A DNA stretch of 61,288 nucleotides, taken from positions 62,001 through 123,288 of the IMG/VR virus record IMGVR_UViG_2923073944_000003, one strand, 5' to 3'. Positions 61,173-61,288 of the stretch are shown here, piece by piece. A program made the position numbers and the translations under genes. A model generated the notes under the pieces. It did no database searches. It was not told where the DNA came from and saw only the letters and a list, made by a program, of their open reading frames with translations. Within the stretch, counting starts at the first letter, position 1. Every line of letters starts with the position of its first letter. This DNA is from an uncultured virus (IMG/VR IMGVR_UViG_2923073944_000003) (lineage: Duplodnaviria > Heunggongvirae > Uroviricota > Caudoviricetes).

Positions 61173-61288
61173 AAACTAAACTATTTATCTGTGCAGTTCT
61201 ATTATTCGGCGTTGCCGGAACAGTGGGTGCTTCCTATCTCCAACAACAAAATGATACGTTCAAGGTTGCTGAAAGAGCCGAAACGTAA
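61169..61288 (+). CDS. phr: Phr signalling pro-peptide MKTKLFICAVLLFGVAGTVGASYLQQQNDTFKVAERAET (missing from ORF track)
   Basis: ATGA overlap with rap stop; signal peptide; C-terminal VA|ERAET; stop at 61286-61288. Confidence 0.9.
   Translation: MKTKLFICAVLLFGVAGTVGASYLQQQNDTFKVAERAET

Overview
The whole window is the central and late part of an SPbeta-like (Spbetavirus-type) Bacillus prophage. Names were assigned from remembered SPbeta proteins, synteny and motifs; no database was searched. Positions 1-14.3 kb form a leftward early/accessory arm: yopG-F-E, a yopB-like HTH gene, a RES-domain gene, an acyltransferase-3 moron, an LPD29-like protein with an N6-adenine methyltransferase, a YonV-like P-loop protein with a GIY-YIG paralog, and the yonT/yoyJ/SR6 type I toxin-antitoxin locus. 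A strand-skewed non-coding stretch (14.3-15.2 kb) and a tubulin (TubZ-like)/winged-helix pair follow. The rightward arm carries yonP, the YonO RNA polymerase and HU-like YonN. Next come a 1.7-kb ORF-poor, hairpin-packed region, the packaging/head genes (yonK-yonA), the tail genes (yomZ-yomE, with a GlpQ-like lipoprotein moron and a GH113-like extension on YomG), the lysis cassette, a mini collagen-like gene and a Rap-Phr pair (predicted peptide ERAET). The three strongest novel candidates are: (1) a small membrane protein and an adjacent 349-aa protein sharing a QxGGDxSVNIQG motif, resembling amyloid-signalling anti-phage modules; (2) a very large structured RNA between yonN and yonK; (3) TAAAA-N6-TTTTA inverted repeats at gene boundaries that may act as cassette recombination sites.
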